NCBI GenBank assembly: GCA_964572175.1
Contig: CAZNEH010000002.1
Span: 1,406-65,405 of the forward strand
Source of the DNA: an uncultured Gammaproteobacteria bacterium
Lineage (GTDB): Bacteria > Patescibacteriota > Patescibacteriia > UBA9570 > CAZNEH01
Direction of reading: 5' to 3'
DNA length: 64,000 nt
In this document: positions 7,705-18,825 of the stretch, piece after piece
Layout of the letters: the number at the start of each line of letters is the position of its first letter
Position numbering within the stretch: the stretch's first letter is position 1
Notes under the pieces: generated by a model
Told to the model about the DNA's origin: nothing
The model's database searches: none
Seen by the model: the letters and a program-made list of their open reading frames with translations, nothing else
Made by a program: the position numbers and the translations under genes

Positions 7705-9600
7705 ATGAAATTTAAGGTAGGGACCATATTTATAGCCATTATTGCGGCTTTTTTTATTTTTCAAAATCCTGTTTTAGCCACAGAAGTGGGCCAACCTATA
7801 TATAAAGAAGGAGAAATCCTAGTAAAATACAAAGAACCAGTCCTTGGAAACAGTCTGCAAACCATTCAAATAAGCCCTGAAAACGACTTAAACGCTGAAA
7901 TAGAGGGCCTAAAAAGAGATGATAACATCGAATATGCCGAGCCTGTTTTAATGCGGAAAATGACTAAAACTCCGGATGATCCTTATTATTCTTATCAATG
8001 GCACCATACTCAAACTAATGACGCTGACATAAATTCCCCTAAGGCTTGGGAAAAAACCACTGGTAAGACTGGAACAGTAATTGCCGTCATTGATTCTGGC
8101 GTAGACCTAGATCACCCCGATTTAAGTGCTAATATTTGGACAAATTCTGGAGAAACCCCTAATAATGGGATAGATGATGATGCTAATGGCTATGTTGACG
8201 ATTATTATGGATGGGACTTTGTAGATGATGATAATGATCCTAACCCAGACCCAGATGGAATCGACAATGATGGTGACGGTTATGCTGATTATGGTGTTAC
8301 TCACGGTACTCATGTCGCTGGTTTAGCCGCTGGTAAAGGAAATAACTCTACTGGCATTACCGGAGTTTGTTGGAAATGTAAAATCATGACCATTCAAGTT
8401 TTATCAGACGAAGGCTGGGGAGATTCTGCCGGCATTGCCGAGGGAATTAACTATGCCGTGGCCAATGGCGCTGACGTTATTAATATGAGCCTAGGAAGCT
8501 ATGGATATTCAACTGCTGAATATAATGCCGTGACCAATGCTATTGATCAAGGAGTAGTCGTTGTTGCCGCAGTCGGAAACGACACTATAGACTTAGACTG
8601 GTATCCTAATTATCCTTCTTGTTATACTGGCGTGCTCGGAGTTTCTTCAACTGATAGCTCTGACTACGCTTCATATTTTTCTAATTATGGTTCTTGTGCT
8701 GATGTAGCTGCTCCTGGTAGCTACGATTATTCTACTTTATTTTATAATTCTACTTACGGCTTTTATTATTACTACGGTTATATGAGTGGCACTTCCATGG
8801 CTTCTCCGGTTACCGCTGGCTTAGCTGGTTTAATGAAATCTTACGACTCTACTGCTAGTGTTAAAAAAATTCGCAACACAATTATAGATACTGCTGATTC
8901 TTTATCAACTCTTTCTACAGAATATGGCTCTGGCCGTTTAAATGCTAACAAGGCTTTAAACGAACTTAAAGATGAAGAGCGCCCAACCAAGCCTAAGACT
9001 ATTAATGCTTATAAAAAGCCTAATAAAAAGAAAAAGATTGCTAAAAATACTCGCACCACTGAAAAAAGCCCTTATTTTAAATGGTCTAAAGGTACTGACA
9101 ATAAGTCCGTAGCTGGTTATTATGTTTATTGGGGAACAAATAAAAAAGCTGGGCCTAAGGCCAAGGGAGATTATCAAACCGGTAAGACTTTAAAGAAATA
9201 TAAAATCCGTGGCAACGAAAAAGCTTATTATTTAAGAATAAAAACTAAAGACAGCTCTGGAAATATTTCCAAAGGAACAGCTCAATTCAAATATTTAGTC
9301 GATAACAAAGCTAAAAAACCAAAGTCAGTAAATGTTACTGATAAATCTAGCGGAGTTAAAGTAACTTGGAAGTGCGGAGAAAGCCATGTTAAGAGATTTA
9401 ATATTTTTAGACGAGTAGTTAAAGATGGCGGCAAAACCGGAGACTGGAAAAAAGTTAATACTACAGCCGTGACAGTTAAAAATTTCTTAGACACTTCTGC
9501 TGTTCAATGGAAAAAATATCAATATCGTATCCAAGTTAAGGATACTTTAAATAATACGGCTTATTCTAAAGCTAGTGATAATATTAAACATCGATTATAA
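7705..9600 (+). CDS. S8 family subtilisin-like serine protease, secreted, with Lys-rich C-terminal domains
   Basis: Asp (AVIDSGVD), His (HGTHVAG) and Ser (GTSMASP) catalytic motifs. N-terminal signal peptide. Confidence 0.9.
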   Translation: MKFKVGTIFIAIIAAFFIFQNPVLATEVGQPIYKEGEILVKYKEPVLGNSLQTIQISPENDLNAEIEGLKRDDNIEYAEPVLMRKMTKTPDDPYYSYQWHHTQTNDADINSPKAWEKTTGKTGTVIAVIDSGVDLDHPDLSANIWTNSGETPNNGIDDDANGYVDDYYGWDFVDDDNDPNPDPDGIDNDGDGYADYGVTHGTHVAGLAAGKGNNSTGITGVCWKCKIMTIQVLSDEGWGDSAGIAEGINYAVANGADVINMSLGSYGYSTAEYNAVTNAIDQGVVVVAAVGNDTIDLDWYPNYPSCYTGVLGVSSTDSSDYASYFSNYGSCADVAAPGSYDYSTLFYNSTYGFYYYYGYMSGTSMASPVTAGLAGLMKSYDSTASVKKIRNTIIDTADSLSTLSTEYGSGRLNANKALNELKDEERPTKPKTINAYKKPNKKKKIAKNTRTTEKSPYFKWSKGTDNKSVAGYYVYWGTNKKAGPKAKGDYQTGKTLKKYKIRGNEKAYYLRIKTKDSSGNISKGTAQFKYLVDNKAKKPKSVNVTDKSSGVKVTWKCGESHVKRFNIFRRVVKDGGKTGDWKKVNTTAVTVKNFLDTSAVQWKKYQYRIQVKDTLNNTAYSKASDNIKHRL

Positions 9601-9604
9601 AATT

Positions 9605-10030
9605 ATGTTATTAATTTATTTAGGACAATTATTACTTAGCGCTTTATTAGGCGCCTTAATTGGTATTGAACGCGAAACCGTTAACAAAGCCGCGGGTATG
9701 CGGACCTGCGCCATGGTTACCATGGGCGCAACTTTATTTACTATTATTTCTACCTCTGGAATCATAGGAGCCGGAGTTGATCCCTCTCGAATCGCTTCTC
9801 AAATTATTACTGGTATTGGATTTCTTGGGGCTGGTTTAATTATCTTTCACAAAGAAAAAATTACGGGTCTAACTACCGCCGCTGCTTTATGGGTCGCCGC
9901 CGCTATTGGTATGGCTGTGGGCTCTGAATTATACTGGATCGCTTGCTTTGTTACTGCTTTATCTTTAGTTATTTTACACTTCTTACCACAAATAGATGGA
10001 GATCCAAAATCTGTTAGGAAAAAGAAATAA
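9605..10030 (+). CDS. MgtC/SapB family membrane protein
   Basis: The LIGIERE...AGMRT motif is characteristic of MgtC. Start moved to the ATG at 9605 to avoid overlap with the protease gene. Confidence 0.75.
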   Translation: MLLIYLGQLLLSALLGALIGIERETVNKAAGMRTCAMVTMGATLFTIISTSGIIGAGVDPSRIASQIITGIGFLGAGLIIFHKEKITGLTTAAALWVAAAIGMAVGSELYWIACFVTALSLVILHFLPQIDGDPKSVRKKK

Positions 10031-10057
10031 TTTGTGTTATAATATAGGCACAAATTA
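10029..10057 (+). promoter_or_regulatory. extended -10 promoter TGTTATAAT flanked by the inverted repeat AATTTGTG/CACAAATT, upstream of the giant surface protein gene
   Basis: TGTTATAAT at 10035-10043. The palindrome arms bracket the -10, which is operator-like. Confidence 0.35.
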
Positions 10058-10072
10058 AAAAAAATTTTTATT

Positions 10073-13000
10073 ATGGCCCAGAAAACAAAAAAGAACGCAT
10101 TTTACTTATCTAGCGCTGTTTTTATTATATTGCTCAGCGTTTTTTTATTTAATTATCCTCCTCAAGAAACAAAAGCATTAACTACTATTAGCTGTGTTAC
10201 TGATACTGCTGTGAGCTCAGCTAGTTATAACACAAGTCATGACCTAGCTTTTAGTGCCGGAGGAGGAAATAATACCTGTGTTTTAACTGGTGATTTTAGT
10301 GTTAATTCTGTTACAGTGAACCCTAATGTTATTTTAACTCATACCGCTGAAAACGCAGATGGAGTTAGTATTACCACGGTTGATTATTTTACTTTAGATG
10401 TTAATGCATCTATCAATGTAGATGAAAAAGGCTGTAACGGTGAGTCTGATGCTGGTGGTTGGGGTCCTAATGCTTCTAATGTTTGCGCTGAATATGATGC
10501 TGGTTGGGGAGATGGCTCTATAAATGGATGGAATGGTACTCAAGGAGCTGGTCATGGTGGAGCCGGAGGACTAGGAACAGACGCTGCTTATGATGATGGT
10601 GGTCTTACCTATGGGTCTCCTACTGCTCCAATTTTATTTGGTTCTTCTGGTGGTCCAGCCTTTGATGACGGTGGAACCTCTGGTGATGGCGGTGGGTTAA
10701 TTATATTAAATATTGGCGGAACTTTTACTCATGACGGGTCTATCTCAGCTAATGCTGGAAACGGTAGTGGAGCTGAGGGTCCAGATTCTAAAGCTTCTGG
10801 TGGTGGATCTGGTGGATCCATTAATATTACCGCTAACTCCATAACTGGTTCTGGAGACTTTGCTGCAGATGGTGGAAATGGTGGAAATGGTACTGATGAT
10901 GACGCCGGTGGTGGAGGTGGGGGCGTATCGCGGTTAAATATGCTGGTGGTGATTATAGTTTTGATTCTACGGATTTTAGCGTAGCTGGCGGAACTATTAC
11001 TGATGGAGCAACCGCTGGAGACAAGGGAACAGTTTATGTAGAAAATACAACCTCTAATGCTGTTAATATTTATCATGGCTTTACCTATGCTTCAGATTAT
11101 AGTGAAGCATCTTGGACTGTAGATTCTTCCGCAACTAACCAATATTGTAACTATGGTGACCCTGATGAAACTGATGAGGCCACTCCTTCAATTACTGTTA
11201 CCGGAGCTCTTACTTTAACCGGGACTTTTGATTGCTCAGATAGCAATGTTACTAGTTTTGATACCGCCGTTGGTACAAGCATGAGCTTAACCGCTCTTAC
11301 TTTTACTTTAGCGGCCGAAGATGTTTGGACTATGAACGATGCTGTTCCTGCTACTGTAACTTCTTCTTCTGCTATTAACTCTAATGTTGAATGGACAAAT
11401 TTAACCAGTCTTAGTATAGATAGCACTTCTAGTATTAATGCTAATGAAAAAGGATGTGCTAGCGAAGGTGCTTCTTATGGTTACTTCCCAGATACTGATC
11501 CTGGAAATTATAATGTTTGTATAAATGCAGAGCCTGCTGGTAATGGCGGTGGACAAGGTAGTGACGGAGGGTGGATTGGCTCCCAAGGGGCTGGTTTTGG
11601 TGGGGCTGGAGGACTAGGTTCTGACGCAGGTTATAGTAATGGTGGCGTGGTCTATGGCTCTAATACTGCGCCTGATTTATTTGGTTCTGCTGGCGGTCCA
11701 GCTTGGGCTGATGATCCTGGTTCTGGTGATGGCGGTGGATTAATTCGCTTAGATGTTGATGGAACTTTTACTCATAATGGTGCCCTTTCTGTAGATGGTG
11801 GATCTGGTGGAGCAGCTACTAATGCTTCTGGTGGTGGATCTGGTGGGTCAATTTATATTACGGCTAGTGAAATATCAAATGGTGCTGGCTCAGACGGTAC
11901 ATTTTCTGCTGATGGTGGCCCTGGTGGAGATGGTAGTGGAGACGATGGTGGTGGTGGAGGCGGAGGACGAATCTCTGTTAGCGCTGTAGACAGTTTTGAC
12001 AATCTAGGCACTTTAACTGCGGCTGGCGTAGCCACTGGCGGAACTGCCACTGGAACTGCGGCTGCTGGTTCTAACGGTACTCTTTATACTCTTTTTTACA
12101 CTGCTCCAGACCAACCAACTCTTAGTCCTTCAGACTCTGCTCGTAACATGGCCCTAACTAGCTCAGCTTATTCTTCAAATGGTGCTTCCCATACTTCTAC
12201 CGATTGGTATGTTTGTACAGATGGCGCTTGCGATGCTAACAGTCTAGTTTGGTATTCAGAAGACGATGCTTCTAACCTAGAATCAATAACTGTAAATACT
12301 ACTAACGGAACTTTTTCAGGAGACTTAGCTGGTAAAACAAAACTTGCTCCAGCAACTAATCATCAAATAAAAGTTCGCCATACTAATGCCGCTGGTGATT
12401 CTACTTGGAGTGTATTTACTGGTCAAAATACCATTGCTAACAATGTTCCTTCCACTCCTACTAACTCTTCGCCAACAGACGCTGCTACAGATCAATCTAA
12501 AACTCCAACAATTTCTGCCTCTTCATACTCAGACTCAGATTCAGATACTCATACTTACAGCACTTGGAATACTTATGAATCTTCAGACTGTTCAGGAAGT
12601 GAAATTTGGTCTTCTGGATCAGTTGCCGCTAATGAATCTACCACTATTAATGAAGCAAGTGGAGCTTTTTCAGACAGTCACTTAGGTGAGGCAGACTTAA
12701 AAGGACATACCCAATATTCTTGGCAAGTAAGATATGACGATGAATACGATGGTCAATCAAGTTATTCAGCTTGTACCACTTTTACTACTTTAAACACTAC
12801 TCCAGTCGCTAGTGCTGGCTCAGACCAAACAGTTATTGAAGGAACTGACGCTACCTTAACGGCTACTTCTACAGATGATGACTGGAATGACACACCAACT
12901 AACACTTGGATAGAGTCTTTAGACTCTTCAGATGGGTGTACTCTTTCTGGAACAACTGCCACTACCTCAAATAAAGAAACTTCTTACACTTGCCAATTCC

Positions 13001-13878
13001 AAGTTACAGCTGACGATGGATCAAGTGGAGAGGATACAGACACCATGACTTTAACTGTCACCGCAGACAATGATGCTCCTGCTCTAGGTTCCATGGAAAC
13101 AAGTGTTACTATCGATGAAGAAGATACTCTTCTTGCCACCTACACTGCCACAGACGCAGACACTGCTTCTCTAAGTTTTACTGCTTCAAGTTTACCAACA
13201 GGCTCAACTTTAACAGATAACTCTAATAATACTGCTACTTTAACTTGGACCCCAGACTCAACTCAATCAGGAACATACACTTTAACTCTTCAAGTCTCAG
13301 ACGGCACAACTGCAGTCACTCAAAATATTACCATCACTGTAAACGACACAGTCCAAGACGAAGAGGAAGAAGAACCAGTAAACACCATCGAAGACATTGG
13401 TCTAGTCTCTGGCACAGAATCAGGCCCAGGTATTGTCACTTTATACGACAACGACAATGAAGAATTATGTTCAGTTAGAGCTTGGAACGAGGGTGGGTCA
13501 GTTCCATTCGCAGTTCGTTTCCTAGACACTACTTACGTGGCAGTTGTAAAAAATAAAGTAGGCACTACTATTCACCTTTATGATCTAAATTGTAATATTA
13601 TTGAGAAAAAGAGATTATCACCTAAACTACATCCTCGTAACATTGTCACTAGAAACTTCTTAGGTAAAACTACTTCTCAAGAAATAGGTTTAACCTCACG
13701 AAGAGGAAGCACAGTATATGGTAAGATCTTCAGATATAATCCAAACAAAGACAAATGGTACTTACTAAGACAAAAAACATTTAGACCAGTTCCAACTGGA
13801 TATAACCTAAAGAAAACCAAAAAAGGAAATATTCTCATCAAGAAAAACAATAAAACTCTCCACAAGTGGGAGATATAA
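10073..13878 (+). CDS. giant Gly-rich cell-surface protein (paralog of 33699-37490), interrupted by a single-nucleotide frameshift in a G5 tract near 10919-10923; pseudogene, phase-variable gene or sequencing error
   Basis: ORF-track pieces 10073-10984 and 11281-13878 are one gene. Frame B is open from 10921, and its translation GRIAVKYAGGDYSF parallels GRAAIYYNDASGFT in the intact paralog. Total length is 3806 nt, which is 3n-1. Confidence 0.7.
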
Positions 13879-13881
13879 TAT
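13296..13881 (+). repeat. large near-identical DNA repeat (copy a) encoding the shared C-terminal module of the giant surface proteins
   Basis: More than 90% identical over about 580 nt to 36907-37493. The last 230 nt are essentially identical. Copy b is 29650-30166. Confidence 0.85.
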
Positions 13882-13892
13882 CAATATAAAAT

Positions 13893-13922
13893 AAGCCCCG
13901 ACTGAAGTCGGGGCCTTTTATT
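13893..13922 (+). terminator. intrinsic terminator after the giant gene
   Basis: GCCCCGACT-GA-AGTCGGGGC stem followed by CTTTTATTAT. Confidence 0.7.
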
Positions 13923-13970
13923 ATCTGCTTTTTTATGTTAGCCTTATAATATAAATAATAATCTTCTATT

Positions 13971-14011
13971 CCCCCTCTCCACGAAGGTGGAGAGGGGGCT
14001 AGGGGGTGAGG
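13971..14011 (+). repeat. GC-rich palindromic intergenic element, copy 2
   Basis: CCCCCTCTCCACGAAGGTGGAGAGGGGG + CTAGGGGGTGAGG. Confidence 0.7.
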
Positions 14012-14022
14012 AAAGAAGAAAT

Positions 14023-15249
14023 ATGAAACAAATAGTTAAAAAGTTAATTCCTAAATCAGGATTATCCTTATATCATAAAAGCCTAGCTTATTTAGCTGAT
14101 TCTTGTTATAAGCATCCTTCTCGCCAGTTAAAGGTTATCGGAATTACCGGTACTAAAGGAAAATCTACGGTAGCTAATTTAGTTTGGCATATTCTAACTC
14201 TTTCTAATCACAAGGTTGGCCTTACTTCTACTGCTAATATAAAAATAGGCGACAAAGAAAGAATGAATCCTTATAAGATGACTATGCCTGGACGGTTTGA
14301 AATGCAAAGATTGTTAAAAGAAATGGTCGACGCTGGTTGCGACTATGCAATTATTGAAACCACTTCTCAAGGAATCCTTCAATGGCGTCATGCTTGTATA
14401 GATTATAATGTTGTTGTCTTCACCAATCTTTACCCAGAGCACATAGAGGCTCATGGCGGGTTTGAAAATTATAAAAAAACTAAACTAGAATTATTTAAAA
14501 TAAACCCCAAAGTAAGTGTTATCAATATTGACGATGAGAATCATAAAGAATTTTTAGACCAGCCTGCTGAACAAAAATATACTTTCTCTCAGTCAGAAGT
14601 TAGCGACCTAGAAGTAGATAAAACAGGAATAAATTTTACATATAAAAACATTCGCTTCGAAGTTCCTCTTTTAGGAGAAGTTAATTTATTAAATATTTTA
14701 GCCGCTATTAAGATTGCTGAGTCTCAAGAAATTAAGATTGATCAAATCGCTCGAGCTTTATATACTTTTCCTGGAGTCCCTGGTCGTATGGAACTAATCA
14801 ACGAAGGTCAAGATTTTACCGTTATTGTCGACTATGCCCACGAACCTCGAGGCGTAGAACTTTTATATAAATTTTTAACTAAAATAAAAACTAATAAAAT
14901 AATCACTGTCACTGGATCTTGCGGTGGAGGTAGAGACGAGTGGGTTCGAAAGATTAAAGGGGAGCTAGCTGATAAATATTGTGATTATGTAATAGTAACC
15001 AACGAAGATCCCTATGACGAAGATCCGCAAGTTATTATAGACCAAGTTAGCCAAAGTATTCCCCCAGAAAAATTATTTAAGATTTTAGACCGTAAAGAAG
15101 CCATTAAAAAGGCTTTTGAGCTGGCTGAGTCCGGAGATATCGTCGTTTTAACTGCTAAAGGCTCAGAACAAGCTATTGTTGGTAAAAATATGAAGAAAAT
15201 CCCCTGGGACGAAAGAGAAGTAGCTAGAAAACTGCTTAAAAACAGCTAA
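14023..15249 (+). CDS. Mur ligase family protein (MurT/MurE/FolC-like central and C-terminal domains)
   Basis: GITGTKGKST P-loop of Mur ligases, and a TNLYPEHIEAHGG motif. Start at MKQIVKK, because MERGLGG comes from the repeat. Confidence 0.7.
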   Translation: MKQIVKKLIPKSGLSLYHKSLAYLADSCYKHPSRQLKVIGITGTKGKSTVANLVWHILTLSNHKVGLTSTANIKIGDKERMNPYKMTMPGRFEMQRLLKEMVDAGCDYAIIETTSQGILQWRHACIDYNVVVFTNLYPEHIEAHGGFENYKKTKLELFKINPKVSVINIDDENHKEFLDQPAEQKYTFSQSEVSDLEVDKTGINFTYKNIRFEVPLLGEVNLLNILAAIKIAESQEIKIDQIARALYTFPGVPGRMELINEGQDFTVIVDYAHEPRGVELLYKFLTKIKTNKIITVTGSCGGGRDEWVRKIKGELADKYCDYVIVTNEDPYDEDPQVIIDQVSQSIPPEKLFKILDRKEAIKKAFELAESGDIVVLTAKGSEQAIVGKNMKKIPWDEREVARKLLKNS

Positions 15250-15292
15250 TAGCTACCCTCTCCACGAAGGTGGAGAGGGGCTGGGGGAGAGG
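15250..15292 (+). repeat. GC-rich palindromic intergenic element, copy 3
   Basis: Near-identical to copy 1. Confidence 0.7.
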
Positions 15293-15326
15293 CAAGAGAG
15301 GAATCTGCATAACCTGTGGATAAAAA

Positions 15327-15366
15327 AGCTCCCTCTCCACGAAGGTGGAGAGGGCGGGGGGAGAGG
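15327..15366 (+). repeat. GC-rich palindromic intergenic element, copy 4 (tandem to copy 3, separated by a CCTGTGGATAAAA motif)
   Basis: Near-identical to copy 6 at 53235-53274. Confidence 0.7.
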
Positions 15367-15438
15367 AATTCCTAACTTTAGCCATTTTTTCTTCATGTGG
15401 ACAAAAAACTTGACAATTTTTTAGCTGGGCTTGACAAA

Positions 15439-15467
15439 AGTTGACAAATCTATTATCATCATAGGTG
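15439..15467 (+). promoter_or_regulatory. rpoB promoter TTGACA-N17-TATCAT; three tandem TTGACA hexamers at 15418-15454
   Basis: The second TTGACA has exact 17-nt spacing to TATCAT. Confidence 0.5.
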
Positions 15468-15514
15468 AAATATTAATAGCCATTAAGTGGTAATTATCAA
15501 TAAAAGGGCCTACA

Positions 15515-15596
15515 ACCTGCCTGCCGGCAGGCAGGTAAAAATAACTAATTAATTAACTCTCTGTGAAAACAAATCACGCAGAGAGGTTTTATTTTT
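15515..15596 (+). promoter_or_regulatory. structured rpoB leader: 22-nt perfect palindrome ACCTGCCTGCCGGCAGGCAGGT, plus a terminator-like hairpin (CTCTCTG...CAGAGAG + GTTTTATTTTT) whose 3' arm contains the GAGAGG SD
   Basis: Hairpin at 15557-15585, U-tract 15586-15596, ATG at 15597. Confidence 0.45.
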
Positions 15597-18500
15597 ATGC
15601 CTACAAAAAAAACACTATCCCAGCGTCGTTATTTCTCATCATCACAAGACGCTATCCCATTGCCAAATCTAATTGAAGTTCAAAAAGCTTCCTACGATTG
15701 GTTCTTACAAGAAGGGCTTAAAGAATTATTAGACGAGATTTCTCCGATCGAAGACTTTACTGGTCGCGATTTAGAAATCAGCTTCACCGATTATTATCTA
15801 GATGAACCTCGTTTCGACGAAAAAGTTGCTAAAGACAAGAACATTACCTTTGAAGCTGCTCTAAGAGTTAACGCTGTTTTAACCAACAAAAGAAGTAAGA
15901 CTAAAAAAGAGCAAGAAGTTTATTTAGGAGATTTTCCTTTAATGACTGATCGCGGTACTTTTATTATTAATGGTATTGAAAGAGTAGTAGTTAACCAGCT
16001 GATTCGTTCCGCTGGTGTATTTTTTACCTCAGAAATTATCAAAGGACGCCGACACTATGGAGCTAAGATTATTCCTAATCGTGGTGCTTGGTTAGAATTT
16101 GAAACTGATGCTAAAGGATTTATCTGGGTTAAAGTTGATCGTAAAAGAAAAGTTGCCGCTACTTCCTTATTAAGAGCTTTTGGTTTAAGTACTGATGAAG
16201 AAATTATTAAAGCTTTTGCTAAAGTAGACACTGGTGACCATAAATTTATTACTGAAACTATTACTAAAGACTTAGCCAAGTCTGAGGGTGAAGGACTAAA
16301 AGAAGTTTACAAAAGAATCCGTCCAGGTGATCTAGCTACTGTAGATAATGCTCGTGGTTTAATCCACTCTATGTTCTTCAACTTCTCTCGTTACGATTTC
16401 GGTAGAGTAGGTCGTTATAAAATCAACAAGCGTTTTGGTTTTGATCTTCCTATTACTAAAGAAAACCGTGTTTTACGCTTAGATGATTTAATTTCTGTTT
16501 TATCAGAAATTATTCGCTTAAATAATACTCAAGACGAAGCTGACGATATTGATCATTTAGGAAACAGACGTGTTCGAGCCGTGGGTGAATTAGTTCAAAA
16601 CAAATTCCGTATTGGTTTAGCTCGAATGGAACGTATTGTTAAAGACAGAATGTCTACGACTGATGTTGATGCCTTAACTCCTGGGCAACTTATTAATGCT
16701 CGTCCAGTGATTGGGTCTGTTAAAGAATTTTTCATGTCTTCTCAGTTGTCTCAATTCATGGACCAAATTAATCCTTTATCAGAGTTAGAGCATAAACGAA
16801 GATTATCTGCTATGGGTCCTGGTGGTCTTTCTAGAGAGCGTGCTGGATTTGAAGTTCGTGATGTACATAGAACTCACTACGGCCGTATCTGTCCAATTGC
16901 TACTCCTGAAGGTCCAAACATTGGTCTAGTTGGTCACTTAGCTTGTTATGCTAGAATTAATGAATTTGGTTTTGTTGAAACTCCTTTCTTAAAAGTAAAA
17001 GATGGAAAAGTTTCTACCGAAGTAGCTTGGCTAGATGCTTTTGAAGAAGAAAAAACCACTACTGTTGCTGCCACTACAGAAGTAGATGACAACGGCAAGA
17101 TTGTTAAAGAAATGGTAGAAGCTCGAAAAAACATGCATCCTAAAATTGTAAACGTTTCCGAAGTAGAATACATGGATGTTTCTCCAAAACAAATTATTTC
17201 TATTGCTACTTCCTTAATTCCTTTTGTAGAACATGATGATGCGGTTCGTGCCCTAATGGGAACAAACATGCAACGTCAGGCTGTTTCTTGTATTAAGCCT
17301 GATTCTCCAATTATTGGAACTGGTGTAGAGGCTCGTTCTGCGATCGATTCTGGCCACGTAGTTTTAGCTAAAGAAGCTGGAGAAGTGACCAGTCTTTCTT
17401 CTCATGAAATTAAAGTTACTACTAAAAAAGGAGATGTTTATACTCACGGTTTAGGAAAATTTGTTAGATCAAATGCTTCCACTTGTATGAATCAACGTCC
17501 TACTGTTAATATTGGCGACAAAGTTAAAAAAGGCGACGTTATGGCCGATGGACCTTCTACCGATAAAGGTGAATTAGCCTTAGGTCAAAACGTATTAGTA
17601 GCTTACATGCCTTGGGAGGGCGGTAACTACGAAGACGCTATCTTAATTTCTGAGCGCTTAGTTGGTCAAGACAAATATACTTCTATTCATATTGAAGACT
17701 ACACTGTAGATATTCGTGATACTAAACTTGGGCCAGAAGTAATTACTCGAGACATCCCGAATGTTTCTGAAGAAAAATTAAAAGACTTAGATGAAAATGG
17801 AGTTATTCGTATCGGAGCTAAAGTAGCCTCTGGAGACATCTTAGTTGGTAAAATTACTCCTAAGGGTGAAACTGAATTATCTGCTGAAGAAAAATTATTA
17901 CGCGCTATTTTTGGTGAAAAAGCCAAAGACGTTAAAGACTCTTCTTTATACTTAGAACATGGTGAGCATGGAAAAGTAGTTGATATCAAAGTTTTTTCTA
18001 AAGAAGAAGGCGATAAGCTTCCTTCTGGAGTTATTAAAACCATTCAAGTTTCTGTGGCTCAGCTAAGAAAGATCCAAGTAGGTGATAAAATGGCTGGTCG
18101 TCATGGTAACAAAGGTGTTATTTCTAGAATCGTTCCTTTGGCTGACATGCCATTTAGAGAAGACGGTACTCCAGTAGATATTATTTTAAATCCTCTAGGT
18201 ATTGTTTCTCGTATGAACTTAGGCCAAGTTTTAGAAACTCACTTAGGATTAGCTGCCGAAGCTCTAGGATATAAGGCTGCAATTCCTGCTTTCTCTAGAG
18301 TAAAAGAATCTGTTATTTCAGAAGAGCTTAAAAAAGCTGGCTATCCTGAATCTGGAAAAATTACTCTTTACGACGGTCGTAGCGGAGACAAATTCTACGA
18401 ACCAGTTACTTGTGGATATTCTTATATGCTTAAACTAAACCATTTAGTTGAAGATAAGATTCACCAACGTTCAATTGGTCCTTACTCTCTGGTTACTCAA

Positions 18501-18821
18501 CAACCTCTAGGTGGTAAAGCACAATTTGGTGGACAACGTTTCGGAGAAATGGAAGTTTGGGCCTTAGAAGGATACGGTGCGGCCCATACTTTACAAGAAA
18601 TTTTGACCATTAAATCAGATGATGTTCCTGGTCGAAGTAAAGCTTACGAATCAGTTATTAAAGGTGAGCCAATCAAAAACTTAAATATTCCTGAATCCTT
18701 TAACGTATTAGTCCGCGAATTAAAAGGACTATGTCTTGAAGTTGAACTTATTGAACCAGAAAAGAAAGAAGAGCCTGAGTCTCCTGACGAGGGCGGAGAG
18801 TCTAAACAAGATAACGAATAA
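15597..18821 (+). CDS. rpoB: DNA-directed RNA polymerase subunit beta
   Basis: Full-length rpoB homology. Confidence 0.97.
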   Translation: MPTKKTLSQRRYFSSSQDAIPLPNLIEVQKASYDWFLQEGLKELLDEISPIEDFTGRDLEISFTDYYLDEPRFDEKVAKDKNITFEAALRVNAVLTNKRSKTKKEQEVYLGDFPLMTDRGTFIINGIERVVVNQLIRSAGVFFTSEIIKGRRHYGAKIIPNRGAWLEFETDAKGFIWVKVDRKRKVAATSLLRAFGLSTDEEIIKAFAKVDTGDHKFITETITKDLAKSEGEGLKEVYKRIRPGDLATVDNARGLIHSMFFNFSRYDFGRVGRYKINKRFGFDLPITKENRVLRLDDLISVLSEIIRLNNTQDEADDIDHLGNRRVRAVGELVQNKFRIGLARMERIVKDRMSTTDVDALTPGQLINARPVIGSVKEFFMSSQLSQFMDQINPLSELEHKRRLSAMGPGGLSRERAGFEVRDVHRTHYGRICPIATPEGPNIGLVGHLACYARINEFGFVETPFLKVKDGKVSTEVAWLDAFEEEKTTTVAATTEVDDNGKIVKEMVEARKNMHPKIVNVSEVEYMDVSPKQIISIATSLIPFVEHDDAVRALMGTNMQRQAVSCIKPDSPIIGTGVEARSAIDSGHVVLAKEAGEVTSLSSHEIKVTTKKGDVYTHGLGKFVRSNASTCMNQRPTVNIGDKVKKGDVMADGPSTDKGELALGQNVLVAYMPWEGGNYEDAILISERLVGQDKYTSIHIEDYTVDIRDTKLGPEVITRDIPNVSEEKLKDLDENGVIRIGAKVASGDILVGKITPKGETELSAEEKLLRAIFGEKAKDVKDSSLYLEHGEHGKVVDIKVFSKEEGDKLPSGVIKTIQVSVAQLRKIQVGDKMAGRHGNKGVISRIVPLADMPFREDGTPVDIILNPLGIVSRMNLGQVLETHLGLAAEALGYKAAIPAFSRVKESVISEELKKAGYPESGKITLYDGRSGDKFYEPVTCGYSYMLKLNHLVEDKIHQRSIGPYSLVTQQPLGGKAQFGGQRFGEMEVWALEGYGAAHTLQEILTIKSDDVPGRSKAYESVIKGEPIKNLNIPESFNVLVRELKGLCLEVELIEPEKKEEPESPDEGGESKQDNE

Positions 18822-18825
18822 ATAT

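Noticed and set aside
8122-9494. Short minus-strand ORFs inside the S8 protease gene
   Set aside because: Antisense, Ile/Leu/Phe-rich low-complexity products typical of AT-rich antisense frames.
13677-13865. 62-aa [12 protein letters not shown]... present three times (also 29962-30150 and 37289-37477)
   Set aside because: It is the antisense translation of the repeated C-terminal module DNA, replicated by the repeat, so it is not an independent gene.
18736-18825. rpoC start at 18736 overlapping rpoB by 86 nt
   Set aside because: The ATG at 18826 directly follows the rpoB stop and gives the conserved MAYNQNE... N-terminus.
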